The position numbers and the translations under genes are program-made. Positions 11,925 through 23,644 of a stretch of DNA of 64,000 bases are shown one piece after another (positions within the stretch are counted from its first letter, which is position 1; each line of letters opens with the position of its first letter). This stretch comes from Octopus sinensis (lineage: Eukaryota), in NCBI RefSeq assembly GCF_006345805.1, contig NC_043003.1, positions 31,992,001 through 32,056,000 of the forward strand. Reading direction: 5' to 3'. Below the pieces are notes generated by a model that was not told where the DNA came from, searched no databases, and worked only from the letters and a program-made list of their open reading frames with translations.

Positions 11925-14760
11925 TTTATTAATCACAAAGAAATAAAAATGAAATCGTGGAATCCCTAGAACACGGTCACCCCTGACATCTAAGGTAAGC
12001 AGCCGCTCCCAATTGCCTAACTCCCATCTACAGGCTCACGCTTTGAGCATGTCCATCAACTCCGACGATGCTCATCGCACTTCCACCTCTATATACGCTG
12101 GAAGGCAGCGTTTCTCTCCCAACTCACACTTTCCCATTTGAAAAGTTCTTACGGTCTTCGCCACAAAGGGTCTGTCTTCAAGTATTTCAATCTTAATTAC
12201 ATCACAAAATCCGAACCAGCTAGTAATTGGTTTTCGCTGTATCTTTCGTTGTAAGTTAGCTAAGCTTGGGTACTGAACGAATGCAAGCAAATAGGTTTCT
12301 TTGTCCTCGGACAAACTCGAGTGGCCGCTTCCTTGTGACTGTGGTGCTTATCTCCAGCTACCAATACCGTCCGATAGCATTACCACGCCTGGGAATTCTT
12401 GAAGGTATCCGTTCTCATTGGATTGTAAGTTCTACTGAAGAAACCTGCGTTTTCATCTTTACAGACAAGAAGAGTTTTTTTCCGAGGAAGTCGACTTTTT
12501 GCTCACCACTAACCTATAGAACGTTAACATAATCTAGAGGGTTGTGAGCTCTTGAAATATTTCACATGTCTAAGTTTTGTTTCACCCAAGGATGCAGCTC
12601 TATGAACAAGTCTAGATGTAGAAGAACGCGTTTGACAAACAGTGAGTATTCAAGCTCAGTGGGGCATAGTCCACTTTTCAAAAGTATACTAGGAAAAGAC
12701 ATGACTGTCAGACAAGTAATAGCTGATGAAGGCAGCATAAGTGGCCACCACCTCTGCTCGACGTTTCATCCTATTTCTGGATGAAACTGGACATTCTATT
12801 CAGCATTATAGCTCAGATCTACTCCTGAAGATCTGGAACAAACTAGACATTGAAGAGTTTATCTAGTCCTCTGTAAATCGTCCCACAACACTGTTAGATG
12901 ATATAGACGTGTCCATATAGGGTCCAAGCTGCAAGCCCGCTGACCTTAACTGATTGATTTGTCTCTCCTGTTCTGACTTGTACCCACTTGGAAGGATCTC
13001 TATCAACTCGGTATACTTTATATCCGACACTATTACGCGGCTATCGTACGCATATGCCAACGCAGATTTTCCGCATACTAGTTGCCACAGAATGCTTCCC
13101 TTGTCTGTAATTTACACAGAATTTCATCATGAGTCACGGGAACAGCGACGAGGAAGATCTTGATACTCATGGGAACAGCGAAGAGAAAAATTTTGATAAA
13201 GCAAGCGCATGATACTCAAGTTGAGCTATCGCAAATCAGACTAGTAGGTCAATGCGATTTTCTTTTACCTGTTTTGTTCTCAGCATCGCTACACCTGCTC
13301 GACATGCAGGACTGAACATTTTCTCGGTGCGGTAGGCATCCGCCAAGATGTCACCCAAAACTTCCTGCTTATAAACTTAAGAGCTCGAAAGTAGACAATA
13401 CTGTCAAAGCGATTTGTACACTTATGCATCAAATATTCACTTCCCTTCTTTCAGTGGCTGTTATCAGTTTTTGTCAAGACTCCGCTTCCATGGCCAGATG
13501 CCGCCGCTGTCTGTCGCAGTAGCGACTGTATTTCATCTTACCACCCGGTCCGCCAATGATCACGAACAGTCAAGAAAGATGCCGATGTAAAGCTGCACAC
13601 ATCTGATTGGGAACGAGTAACACGCGCTCAACATGATCCGTCAGATATCGAATTTTGGTTTTGTGGCCACAGTGCACTTCTGCTAAGCGGGCTATCAAGC
13701 AGCTTTAATTTATTCATTATTTAGAGCACGCATCTTAGATATGGCATTCTGGCATTCGGTTGAAGAATTGTTGGAGAGCAAAACGTGCCGAACTCCTCGG
13801 TTTCTATTACTTTCCAACTACCGCTTTTATATTTTGAACTCTCTTTCTCCCCTCCTCTCTCTCTCTCCCTCTCTTTCACTCTCTCACATCTACTTTTCCA
13901 TACTCCCTAAGTAAAACTTAACAATTTTTTTCGAGTTACACTCCCCAGGAAGGACCATCACTTGCCGTTGACAATTTTTGCCTTTAACGCTCACTCATCT
14001 GGACTCTGAAAGCCTTTTGCCCCGAGAAAGATGCACTCAACATCTAGTCAGAGATTTCTTAACTATGAAGTCTAAGAAGTTCGCGCAACTCATAAAATTC
14101 TGGTCAAGGTAACCGACGAATTTAAATTACGGTCAACCGACCTACAGATTACTCTATCTAGATACGATCTGGATGACTTGGTGACAACACTGACACAATT
14201 GAGATTTCAGTCTGCCAAAACATATCTGGACAGACTTGTTTGACTATATAAATTTTGTCCTCGACTGCCAAACACATCGTCCCATCATGCACCCAAGATG
14301 CCATTCCAATCTTACTCTTGTACCAACAAGTGGTACATTCTCGAAATATCTCTAGACATCCGAAGAAAATTGACCATTCCGTCACTGTGGAGTACAGGCA
14401 ATTATTCGTCAAACGGAACCAGTTTACTATCTGAGTCAATTTAATATTGGAAAATCCAAACCTTTTCGAAATAACTCGGCTACTCTGGCATCCAAATACA
14501 GTTGAAGTGGATATGCGCACACCTCGTAACAACCGAAGATGGATGTCATGTCACGCGGCCCGTAAATTATTCTCTCATTAATGGTCACCACATCTATGTC
14601 TAGTGGTTATATGTCGTTAAGCAGGTAGCTTTCTTTTCCACGCAATCCCAGGTAACCACACTGCCTATTTTGAATAATCACCTGCTGGATAAATTGGGGA
14701 GCGTTAAGGATCACTTAAATTATCCTTGCAGAAAGTCAAGGGATCTTTCCTTCCAGTTAA
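11925..14760 (-). mobile_element. Tx1/L1-clade LINE ORF2 remnant (APE - partial RT - C-terminus)
   Basis: Minus strand: LLNDI..DIDVVTINE (EN start, ~14600); DWNGIL; RSYLDRVICR; AYAYDSRVIVSDI..INQLRSAGLQLG (ORF 12863-13060, YADD block); FVPDLQE. The RT core is largely deleted near 13100-13200. Confidence 0.75.
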
Positions 14761-14849
14761 GGCAATTACAATGAGTAAATTTTTATATTCCTTTGTTAAT
14801 TATCTTTAAAAAAATCTGCTATTCCGTCGAAAGCTTATTGTAAGCTTTT

Positions 14850-15930
14850 CTTTTGTTTGTAGCATTGTCATATGTTGGTGCGTTGCCTCATTGTGTGTAA
14901 TGTTTGAACGTTAATGTATATATTTCATCAACTATTTGTACTAATGTCTATCTAATTCATGATGTTTGCTTGCAAGAGCTGTCTATGATTGTTTGGGTGT
15001 AGATGAACTTGTTTAGACTCTTTGTGGTATTTTTAGTGCTTATGCTATCTCTACTAATATTCTTGGTGGAGGTCGTGGAATTAATGATGTTCTTGTGTCT
15101 CAATGAAGTTTCCTTTCAAATTTCCTATCTTTTAATGTTGGTAGATTTCTTTTGTCCTTTTCCCTTTTTCTCTCCCATTTACTGAGATGATTGTCCATGT
15201 TTCATAGCAGTGGCCTTGATTGCAGAATTTATGAGTGGCCTGAATTTGAGATCGATATGTCTTATGGAGTTGTGTTGAGATTAGGGCATTTTGGTGCTGT
15301 TGTTTGTGTTCCTGCTTGTCAGGCTCTCGCTTCTACAGCTGTTGAACTTTTTGTTGTGCGTCAATCTCTATTGTTCTTGCTGATATTTCAGTTTAACGTA
15401 GTTTTGTTGTTAGCGTTTATGTTGTGACTTTGCTAACAGTGGGGACACTCTTCCCTTTGTCCTTTGTTGTACGCAGAAAGCCATTGGGCTTTTTTTCTTC
15501 TCAGAAATGTGACAAGCTGAGGTCCTGATGCCTAGCGGCACTCTCCAATGTGTACCATTTGGCCTTGAGCAATTTGTTTTAATTTTATTAATATACCTAT
15601 GCCTATAACCGATCAGTTTTTATTTAACAACAGGTGAATCTCCAAGATTGCTTTATATTCATCATTGAGCAAAGCATCTGCCCTCAACCTTCATGTGATT
15701 GGTATGAAACACACCTACTACACTAACGTCCTTAACTCATTTGATCATATATGCTAGGAAATGGATGAACTATTCACTTTTAATACAGGTAGTAGTGTTC
15801 CTATCCTTGAATTCAAACACAACTCTTACATCAATTGTACCAAACCTCTGCCTGCGTGACGGAATTTTTTCCACTTGAGACTACATCTGCATGTCCTTCG
15901 TTCTTTCGGCGATTCATTCTCGACACTGAT
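14850..15930 (-). mobile_element. Probable Jockey/I-type LINE 5' fragment (ORF1 zinc knuckles, start of ORF2)
   Basis: Minus strand ECPHC*QSHN and KQEH..KCP-like knuckles, followed by a T/N-rich linker and an SLNKF..TALASKHHEL-like EN start. Degenerate. Confidence 0.35.
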
Positions 15931-16299
15931 GCAATAGCAAATCAGCGTGCTTCGACTAGTTTGGTTGATAACGTAATGTAATTGGGTAGAACTTGGTTTA
16001 CTATCCTTTGGTGTTTTTTAGAAATGCTTTTCCTTCCTTAATTATTTTCCTCTTTTCCACAATTCTTTGTGTCAATGAGGCTGTGCCAGCTCATTTTGGT
16101 TTAGATTTTGTCGATTTAATAATCTAGTTTTATGATTGGTGTTTGTTCTATTGTTACTATTACTGCCTTCTGTGATGATGGCTCTAAAGCAACCAAAGAA
16201 GACCTATAACTCTGTAAATATCCCATTCAACGTAACTGGTTCGCTGAAGACAAAACCTTTTACCCCACCGAAATTTAAAACACAGTAAACTTTTCCTAA

Positions 16300-17350
16300 A
16301 TCGCGGGCCTATAAAATTACTTCTTTCTACGTACAATGCAGAGAAATCCCATATCTAGAAATAACAACATTTTCTCTGAAATGGGATGGAGTAAAAAATA
16401 TATCTGTAATGATGAGTTGATCTTTAGCCAGAGAATGCAAAAGAACCAAGTAATTGAGGAGTATGACAGACAATTAGGATGCTTTTGATAGCATTTTTTC
16501 TCTGGAGTCCTAGTCTTACTAGCCTTGAGTATTGTAGGAGAAGAAATAAGAACATACACGAAATATGTTAAGAGCTATCCGAAAAAAAAGGAATTACATG
16601 AACTATAATAGTTGTCATCAAATGAGAAAATTCTGACTTTATCTATCTATCAACACAATGGTCTGTCTGATGGTGAGGCGTTTAAGTGGTGCATCAGAAG
16701 TACTGCACTTAGTTATAATAAGACAATCAGCCATCATTTGTGTATAGGAAGAACATCAATGTGAAGATGTTAAACTATGTAAACGATATTTCAGATTACA
16801 AAATTGCGCACGACAATCTTGAATAGGGGAAAATAAGACACTAATAATATCTCAAATAAAGAAACAGAAATAAGGTAATTAAACCGATCACAGGCATCTA
16901 TTCTTAGGAAATAGTGAAATATACCGTGTACAATATATACAAATGAATGAAATGGCCAGGATTATAGATATATGGGCTAACGCATAATATAAAAGCAAAT
17001 ACAAAAAATATGATACCTGGCATTGATAACCTTGCTTTTCCAGCAATAAGCTATAATTGTTATCTCAATTGTAAGCTAAGCAAAGAAGACGAAGTGGCAA
17101 AATAATAAGTAAAATGCAACGGCATTTAGAATACCTTTCATAAAATCTGATATAGAAAGACTATTTTTACATCAGTTCAGTTTGGGAAAAGTCTGGAATT
17201 TGAAAATATACACTCTAGGAATAGAAAAATATCTAGAAAAATTTATAGAAAATTCGAACAAATAGTTACAAATCGATAACAATTTTGTTTTCAAGGGATG
17301 GCATAGAAAGCTGTAACATACATCGCGGAAAGTTTTGGCCGATGTGCCAA
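16300..17350 (+). mobile_element. R4/Dong-type RT remnant
   Basis: DN*DAFDS (cf. DYKKAFDS, ~16470), EDVKLCK (cf. MDDLKLYAK, ~16765) and KSDIERLF (cf. KADIDRLY, ~17145). Runs into the GAT/AAT array. Confidence 0.55.
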
Positions 17351-17357
17351 TGATTCG

Positions 17358-17387
17358 ACAATGATGATGATGGTGATAATAATAATA

Positions 17388-17436
<49 letters not shown>

Positions 17437-17452
17437 TAATAATAATAATAAT
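17358..17452. repeat. (GAT)n/(AAT)n microsatellite
   Basis: Directly visible. Confidence 0.97.
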
Positions 17453-18655
17453 ATTTTCTTTATTGGACACAAGAGCCGAATACAGAGAAACAACACATAA
17501 CAACGGACAAGTGGGGCTTAGCACAAAAACACGTGTATACATTAGAAACAATAACAATTAACAATAAATCTGAAACCAAAAATTCCTCAAAGGTGGGAGC
17601 GCGCCATCAAGATACAATCAAGGAATCTTACACATCTGGGTCATCCTGACTGCAAAGGACACCCCAGACAGGCACTTCACTTGTCATTCCTTTCGGCATG
17701 AGGTAAATATTCAGAGTAGGCCAATTCACACTGTCCATCCTCGCCACATTCACCCACCTTTTAACAAAAATTCTATGGGGTACCACTTCCATCTTTACTC
17801 ACACTTTTATTTGCTTTGCCGAAGAGGAAGTAGTATCTTCAGAACTTTCAACCTCGCCCACCACATTATCTCTTTTAGCATAGGCAACAGGCATCGGAAA
17901 ACGGTCTACCCTTTCAGGCAAAAAGAAGGCGGCGAGTCGATCATTGGATCTACCCTATGTGCGTCCAAAGCTGTTCGACAGATATTCCCAAGTGTATTTT
18001 GTTCCCAAGTGACTGAACAAAATACATGTGCATTCAGAACGGTTTTATCGTCCTGCGCACAACTTGATTAGATCTTCCTGGCAGTAATTCTGTGCCTGCA
18101 GCACTTGTCTCGAACTGACAGCGTCTCCCCACCGGTAAGACTAGCAGGCTAGAGATTTCTGGAAATTATCCATAGACTCCGGTCTAAAAGTCTTCCGAAA
18201 CCGATCTATAGGACAAATGCTGTTTGCCCCTGTCAACAGTGGCATATTCAGGAAACCTTGTCTGTACCTGTCAACCAGTTGGAATCAACTGAGCAGGACT
18301 GTGAGGCTTTTACATCTCCTCTTCCATTGGGTACCTCTACTGTATACCGGTGTGAGTGCTAGATAGTGCACTTCTCTCTCATTGGCACTGGGAAGCTGTA
18401 CGACCCAAAGAAAACCTCCAAATGTTGAAGAAATTCGACTGTTCCACCCCAGTCGAGACATATACAGCGACTAGCCTAAAAACACCAACTTCGCTATTGC
18501 TTATATGCAGGAGCACCAACTTAACATCAAGATCCAAAAAGATCGCTTGTACCTCGATATTGTTTTCAGCTCGACCAGAGGTTTCGTACTTTGATACAAC
18601 CACTAAGGTTTTTGTATATTTTTAGTGACATCCGCACTAACATTAAAGCTCCTGG
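17453..18655 (-). mobile_element. Tx1/L1-clade LINE, internally deleted (EN joined to the C-terminal Zn region; RT absent)
   Basis: ORF 18379-18603 VQAIFLDLDVKLV..GVFRLVAVYVSTGVEQSNFF, then CKSL..FQLVDRYR (EN). This leads directly to FRKTFRPESMDNFQKSLA..VRDK (C-terminus). The 3' end aataaagaaaat abuts (ATT)n. Confidence 0.75.
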
Positions 18656-18663
18656 CAATTTGA

Positions 18664-19292
18664 AATGTCTGGTGTCGTAAATTACACCCACCCACTCAAT
18701 ATTTTTGTCTCGTACTTATGGGAGACATAAATTCAATGTGGTAAGCATCATCAACTGGGAGCTCTGTGGAAATCACGGCCTACAAAGAGCAAATACGTAG
18801 TATGAGAGAAAAAACCACAAGGAATCACCGAGAATGATAATTGCAATATCCTGCGAGATGAAATGATTCAGAGCGATCAACTGACCAGACATCGGACCCA
18901 GACATGGTGGTGAAGAAAAAAAAATGCATGATAATCTACATAGCATACCCCGGTATCAAGAGGATCATTGTGAAATAAGAACAAAAGATAAACAACTATG
19001 ACGATTTGAAGTGCGAAATACAACGTTTGTGGTCAATGAGGTGAATAAACGTGATACCAATAGTAATTGGCGCACTTGGAAGTATCAGCACTCAAATACC
19101 AACATGGATGAGAAAGATTGGTGCAAGTGTGAAGGTAGAATACCTACAAAAATGAGCATTGCTTGGAACTGCAACAATTCTTTGCAGGGTTCTTGAAGAA
19201 TGGCTAACAAATAAGTGTCACCTTAGTATGCTGGCAGTGGGTAGCTGAGACTTTCCATCATACTCACCAAAATAAGCTGTGAGTTTTCATGA
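18664..19292 (+). mobile_element. R4/Dong-type element, 5'-truncated (Zn/RLE + 3' UTR), family Y
   Basis: RHKFNVVSIINWELCGNHGLQRANT*YE.KPQGITENDNCNIL; HR.PDMVV; YDDLKCEIQRLW..IPIVIGALGSI..LQK*ALLGTATIL. Ends ttttcatga|aataat. Confidence 0.85.
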
Positions 19293-19386
<94 letters not shown>

Positions 19387-19388
<2 letters not shown>

Positions 19389-19714
19389 GGGGCTGATAGC
19401 TACCTAACTCAGATACCAGGAAACCCAAAAATGGCAGAAGTTCAAAAGATAGTGCTCATGGGAACTGCTCATATCCTACGCAAAATACTCTCTATGTAAC
19501 CTCAAGGTTTAAAACAACCATAATTTTCGGTTTAAAAAAAAAAAAAAAAAATTTTTTTTTTTTTAGACATTCATTAGTACAACATCCCCACCCCCCAAAT
19601 ATATGGCACACTAGGCATAACAGCAACATGAACTTCCAACCCTGTTGTCTCTTGAGGTCTCTGGGTGAGACTTGGAGCCAACTTGTACAAATATAAAGCA
19701 AAAGTCAAACATAG
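19387..19714 (+). mobile_element. R4/Dong-type element, short 3' copy, family X copy 2
   Basis: Highly similar to 11356-11661 (KGADSYLTQIPGNPKMAEVQKIVLMGTAHILRKILSM*, same UTR and same 3' end). Flanked by (AAT)n on both sides. Confidence 0.9.
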
Positions 19715-19902
19715 AATAATAATAATAATATAATAATAATAATAATAATAACAACAACAACAATAACAACAACAACAACAACAACAACAGTAATAATAAT
19801 TATAATAACAACAACAATAAGAACAACATCAACAACAACAGTAATAATAATAATAATAACAACAATAAGAACAACAACAACAGCAACAACAAAAATAATA
19901 AT

Positions 19903-20112
19903 AAAGATAGTAATTGTTAGACCAACAAAGTTGCTTATTTATCGACTCATCATGTTCTTTTGAGTCTAGGATCATAAAGAAAGAAGAAAATACAATCCCT
20001 TAAAATTTGGAATAGGAAAAATTTGGAGCACGCGAACAGTAATAATTGCTGCACTGGGATCAGTAAGCCAAGATATAGTCAAATGGAATAACACTGAACT
20101 TAAGACAAATCA
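19903..20112 (+). mobile_element. R4/Dong-type RLE fragment
   Basis: DIVIV..IDSSCSFESRIIKKEE..FGIGKIWS..VIIAALGSVSQDIVKW-like peptides with frameshifts. Confidence 0.5.
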
Positions 20113-20134
20113 AAATAATAATAGTAATGATAAT

Positions 20135-20241
<107 letters not shown>

Positions 20242-20327
20242 GATGATGATGATGATGATAATAATAATAACAATAATAATAATAATAATAATAATTATTA
20301 TTATTATAATAATAATAATAATAATAA

Positions 20328-20883
20328 ATGTCCTGATGCAGTACCAGGCAGTGGTTCTCATGGCTTCTGATCTTAACTGATTGGAAGTGTTATCATGTAC
20401 ATTGTTTTGTCTTGGTATAAAAGATGGGCTACAGCAAATATTCTGCTCAATACCGCAGATTTGCTTGTCAGTTGTTTGACCTTAACCAGTTGAGCATGTC
20501 CCTTAGTGGCTGATGATATGTGCATCTCCGATCACGAGCAGAAGTAGTGGGGGAGTGTCATAGCCATGTGCTGAGAGGGATTCCTTGGGGTTTGAATAAT
20601 TCACCTCTGGAAACATGGGTGTTTCGTTCAACATCCTTAAACAACCCTTACTCAGGGACCTTTTGAGGAGGATGGGTTACTCGACCAGAAGAAAATTCTA
20701 ACTGGGCCCCACCTACAAGGTCATGTGCTGTTTATCTTGATATGAGATCATCATGTCGCGCACATATGGTTGTGATGCATGTGCCTGGTGTACCCTTATC
20801 AGGCGGGTAGTCATGATGGGTATACTGGGCTTCGTATATTTTACCCCAGTGTCATTTTGATGGCATGCACTGCTCTCTCACTG
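20328..20883 (+). mobile_element. ~550-bp non-coding AAT-associated retroposon-like element, copy 1 (longest)
   Basis: Four homologous copies in the window share the 3' end (ctgctctctcact) running into (AAT)n and have variable 5' ends. Strand inferred from the 5'-truncation pattern. Confidence 0.8.
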
Positions 20884-20955
20884 AATAATAATAATAATTA
20901 ATTCATGTATTGGCCACAACGGCTAACATAATAATAATAATTAAATAATAATAAT

Positions 20956-21019
<64 letters not shown>

Positions 21020-21104
21020 TTAATAATAAAAACAACAACAACAATAATAATAAATAATAAATAATGATGATGATGATGATGATGATGATGACGATGACGA
21101 TGAC

Positions 21105-21149
<45 letters not shown>

Positions 21150-21199
21150 AATGATGATGATGATGATGATGATGATGCTGATGATGATTTTCTTTATTT

Positions 21200-21685
21200 G
21201 TACAGGCGTTCATGGCTTCTGATCTTAACTGATTGGAAGTATACGCGTACATGTTTTGTCTAGGAATGAAAGATGGTCTTCAACAAATATTCTGCTCAGC
21301 ATCAAAAAACTTACTGATACGTTGTTTGGCTTTAACCAGTTGAGCATGCTCCTTGTCAGCTGACCATATGTGTATCGCTGATCTCGAGTAGAAGTGGGAA
21401 AGCATCCTGACCATGTGTTGAGACGAATTCTTTGGAGTTTGAATTATTCACCTCTGGAAACATGGGTATTTCGTTCAACATCTTCAAACCTACACTTATT
21501 CAAAGACGTTTTAAGCGAGATGGGCTACGTGACCTGTGGAAAAATCTCACTGGGTCCCACCTGCATCGTATGTTTGTGATGCATGTCCCTGGTATACACT
21601 TATCAGACGGCTAGTCATGATGTGAATACTGGGCTTCGTATATTTTACCTGTGTCACTTTGGAGGGAAGCACTACTATCACGCTC
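21200..21685 (+). mobile_element. ~550-bp element, copy 2 (more diverged)
   Basis: Homologous to 20328-20883 (catggcttctgatcttaactgattggaagt ... atactgggcttcgtatattttacc). Confidence 0.8.
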
Positions 21686-21772
<87 letters not shown>

Positions 21773-21792
21773 TTTAACAACAACAACAATAA

Positions 21793-22310
21793 TATAAAAG
21801 ATGGTCTACAGTAAATATTCTGCTCAATACTACAGTTATAAAAGATGGGCAATAGCAAATATTCTGCTCAATACCACAGATTTGCTTGTCAGTTGTTTAA
21901 CCTTAACCAGTTGAGCATATCTCTTTGTGGCTGACGATATGTGTATCTATGATCACGAGTAGGTAGAAGTAGTGGGGGAGCATCATAGCTATGTATTGAG
22001 AGGAATTCTTTGGGGTTTGAATAATTTACCTCTGGAAACATGGTTGTTTTGTTCAACATCCTTAAACAACACTTATTCAAGGAGCTTTTGAGTGGGGTGG
22101 GCTACGTGACCTGTTGAAAAATATAACTGAGCACACCACCAAACTCATACGCTGTTTATCTTGATATGAGATTACGATGTCACGCACGCACATATGGTTG
22201 TGATGCAAGTACTTGGTGTACCCATATGAGACGGGTAGTCAAATTGGATAGATTTTACGTCGTATATTTTACCTCAGTGATACATTGATGGCATGCACTG
22301 CTCTTTCACT
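21793..22310 (+). mobile_element. ~550-bp element, copy 3 (5'-truncated, with a 5' ~44-bp tandem duplication)
   Basis: Homologous to 20328-20883. The segment tataaaagatgg..aaatattctgctcaatac occurs twice at its 5' end. Confidence 0.8.
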
Positions 22311-22326
22311 TATTATTATTATTATT

Positions 22327-22400
<74 letters not shown>

Positions 22401-22402
<2 letters not shown>

Positions 22403-22630
22403 GAGAAAGTGCAAGAAATCGTGTTAACTCGAATGGCTCATGTACTGGGAAGAGCATTATCGCTGTGAAAACAACATCCATTCATGAATTTATATATTTA
22501 TTAATTTTTTAAATACATATTTTACCTGTGAATTTGCGTGTGTAATCTGGGAATGCATACAATGAGCTTCTCTGCCCTAGGTGTACGAAAAATACTCGGC
22601 GAGAAACGGAAGAAAATTTGGAGAAAGGAA
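22401..22630 (+). mobile_element. R4/Dong-type element, extreme 3' end, family Z
   Basis: KVQEIVLTRMAHVLGRALSL* (cf. IQKIVLMGTAHILRKILSM*), followed by a distinct 3' UTR ending in (AAT)n. Confidence 0.65.
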
Positions 22631-22671
22631 AATAATAATAATAATAATATTAATAATAAGAATAACAATGA

Positions 22672-22731
<60 letters not shown>

Positions 22732-22732
<1 letters not shown>

Positions 22733-23240
22733 GTATCAAAGATCTGCTACAGCATATATCCTGCACAATACTACAATATAAAAGATGAGCTACAGTAAAT
22801 ATTGTGATCAATACCACAGATTTGCTTGTTAGTTGTTTGACCTGAACCAGTTGGGCATGTCCCTTAGTGGCTGATGATATGTGCATCTCTAATCACGAGC
22901 AGAAGTAGTGGGGGAGCATCATAGCCATGTGTTGAGATGAATTGTTGGAGGTGGGGGGGAATTCACCTGTGGAAACATCAGTGTTTCGTTCCACACCCTT
23001 AAGCAACCCTTATTCATGGACCTTTTGAGCAGGATGGGCTACTCAACCTGAAGAAAAATTTAATGGGGTCCCACCTGAAAATTCATGCGCTGTTTATCTT
23101 GGTATAAGATCACCATGTCGTGCACATATGCTTGTCATGCACGTGACTGGTATACACATATCAGACGAGTAGTCATGAAGGGTATACTGGGCTTCGTATA
23201 TTTTACCTCAGTGTCACTTGGCATACTCTGCTCTCACTCA
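22732..23240 (+). mobile_element. ~550-bp element, copy 4 (same 5' truncation and duplication as copy 3)
   Basis: Homologous to 20328-20883. Begins tatcaaagatctgctacagcatatatcctgcacaatactacaa + tataaaagatgagctacagtaaatattgtgatcaatacc. Confidence 0.8.
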
Positions 23241-23300
23241 TTAATAATAATAATAATACATTAATCTCTTATTCAGTCGTAATAATAATAATAATGTTAA

Positions 23301-23346
<46 letters not shown>

Positions 23347-23413
23347 GTTATTAATATTATTATTATTATTATTATCATTATTATTATTATTATTAATCAT
23401 AATAATAATAATG

Positions 23414-23502
<89 letters not shown>

Positions 23503-23537
23503 AAGGAGAATGATAATAATCATGATGATGGTGATGG

Positions 23538-23571
<34 letters not shown>

Positions 23572-23644
23572 AATAGTAATAATAACAATAAAATCAATAA
23601 TGATATCAATGGGATATTTTTTTTTATCAACTACTATGAGTTTA

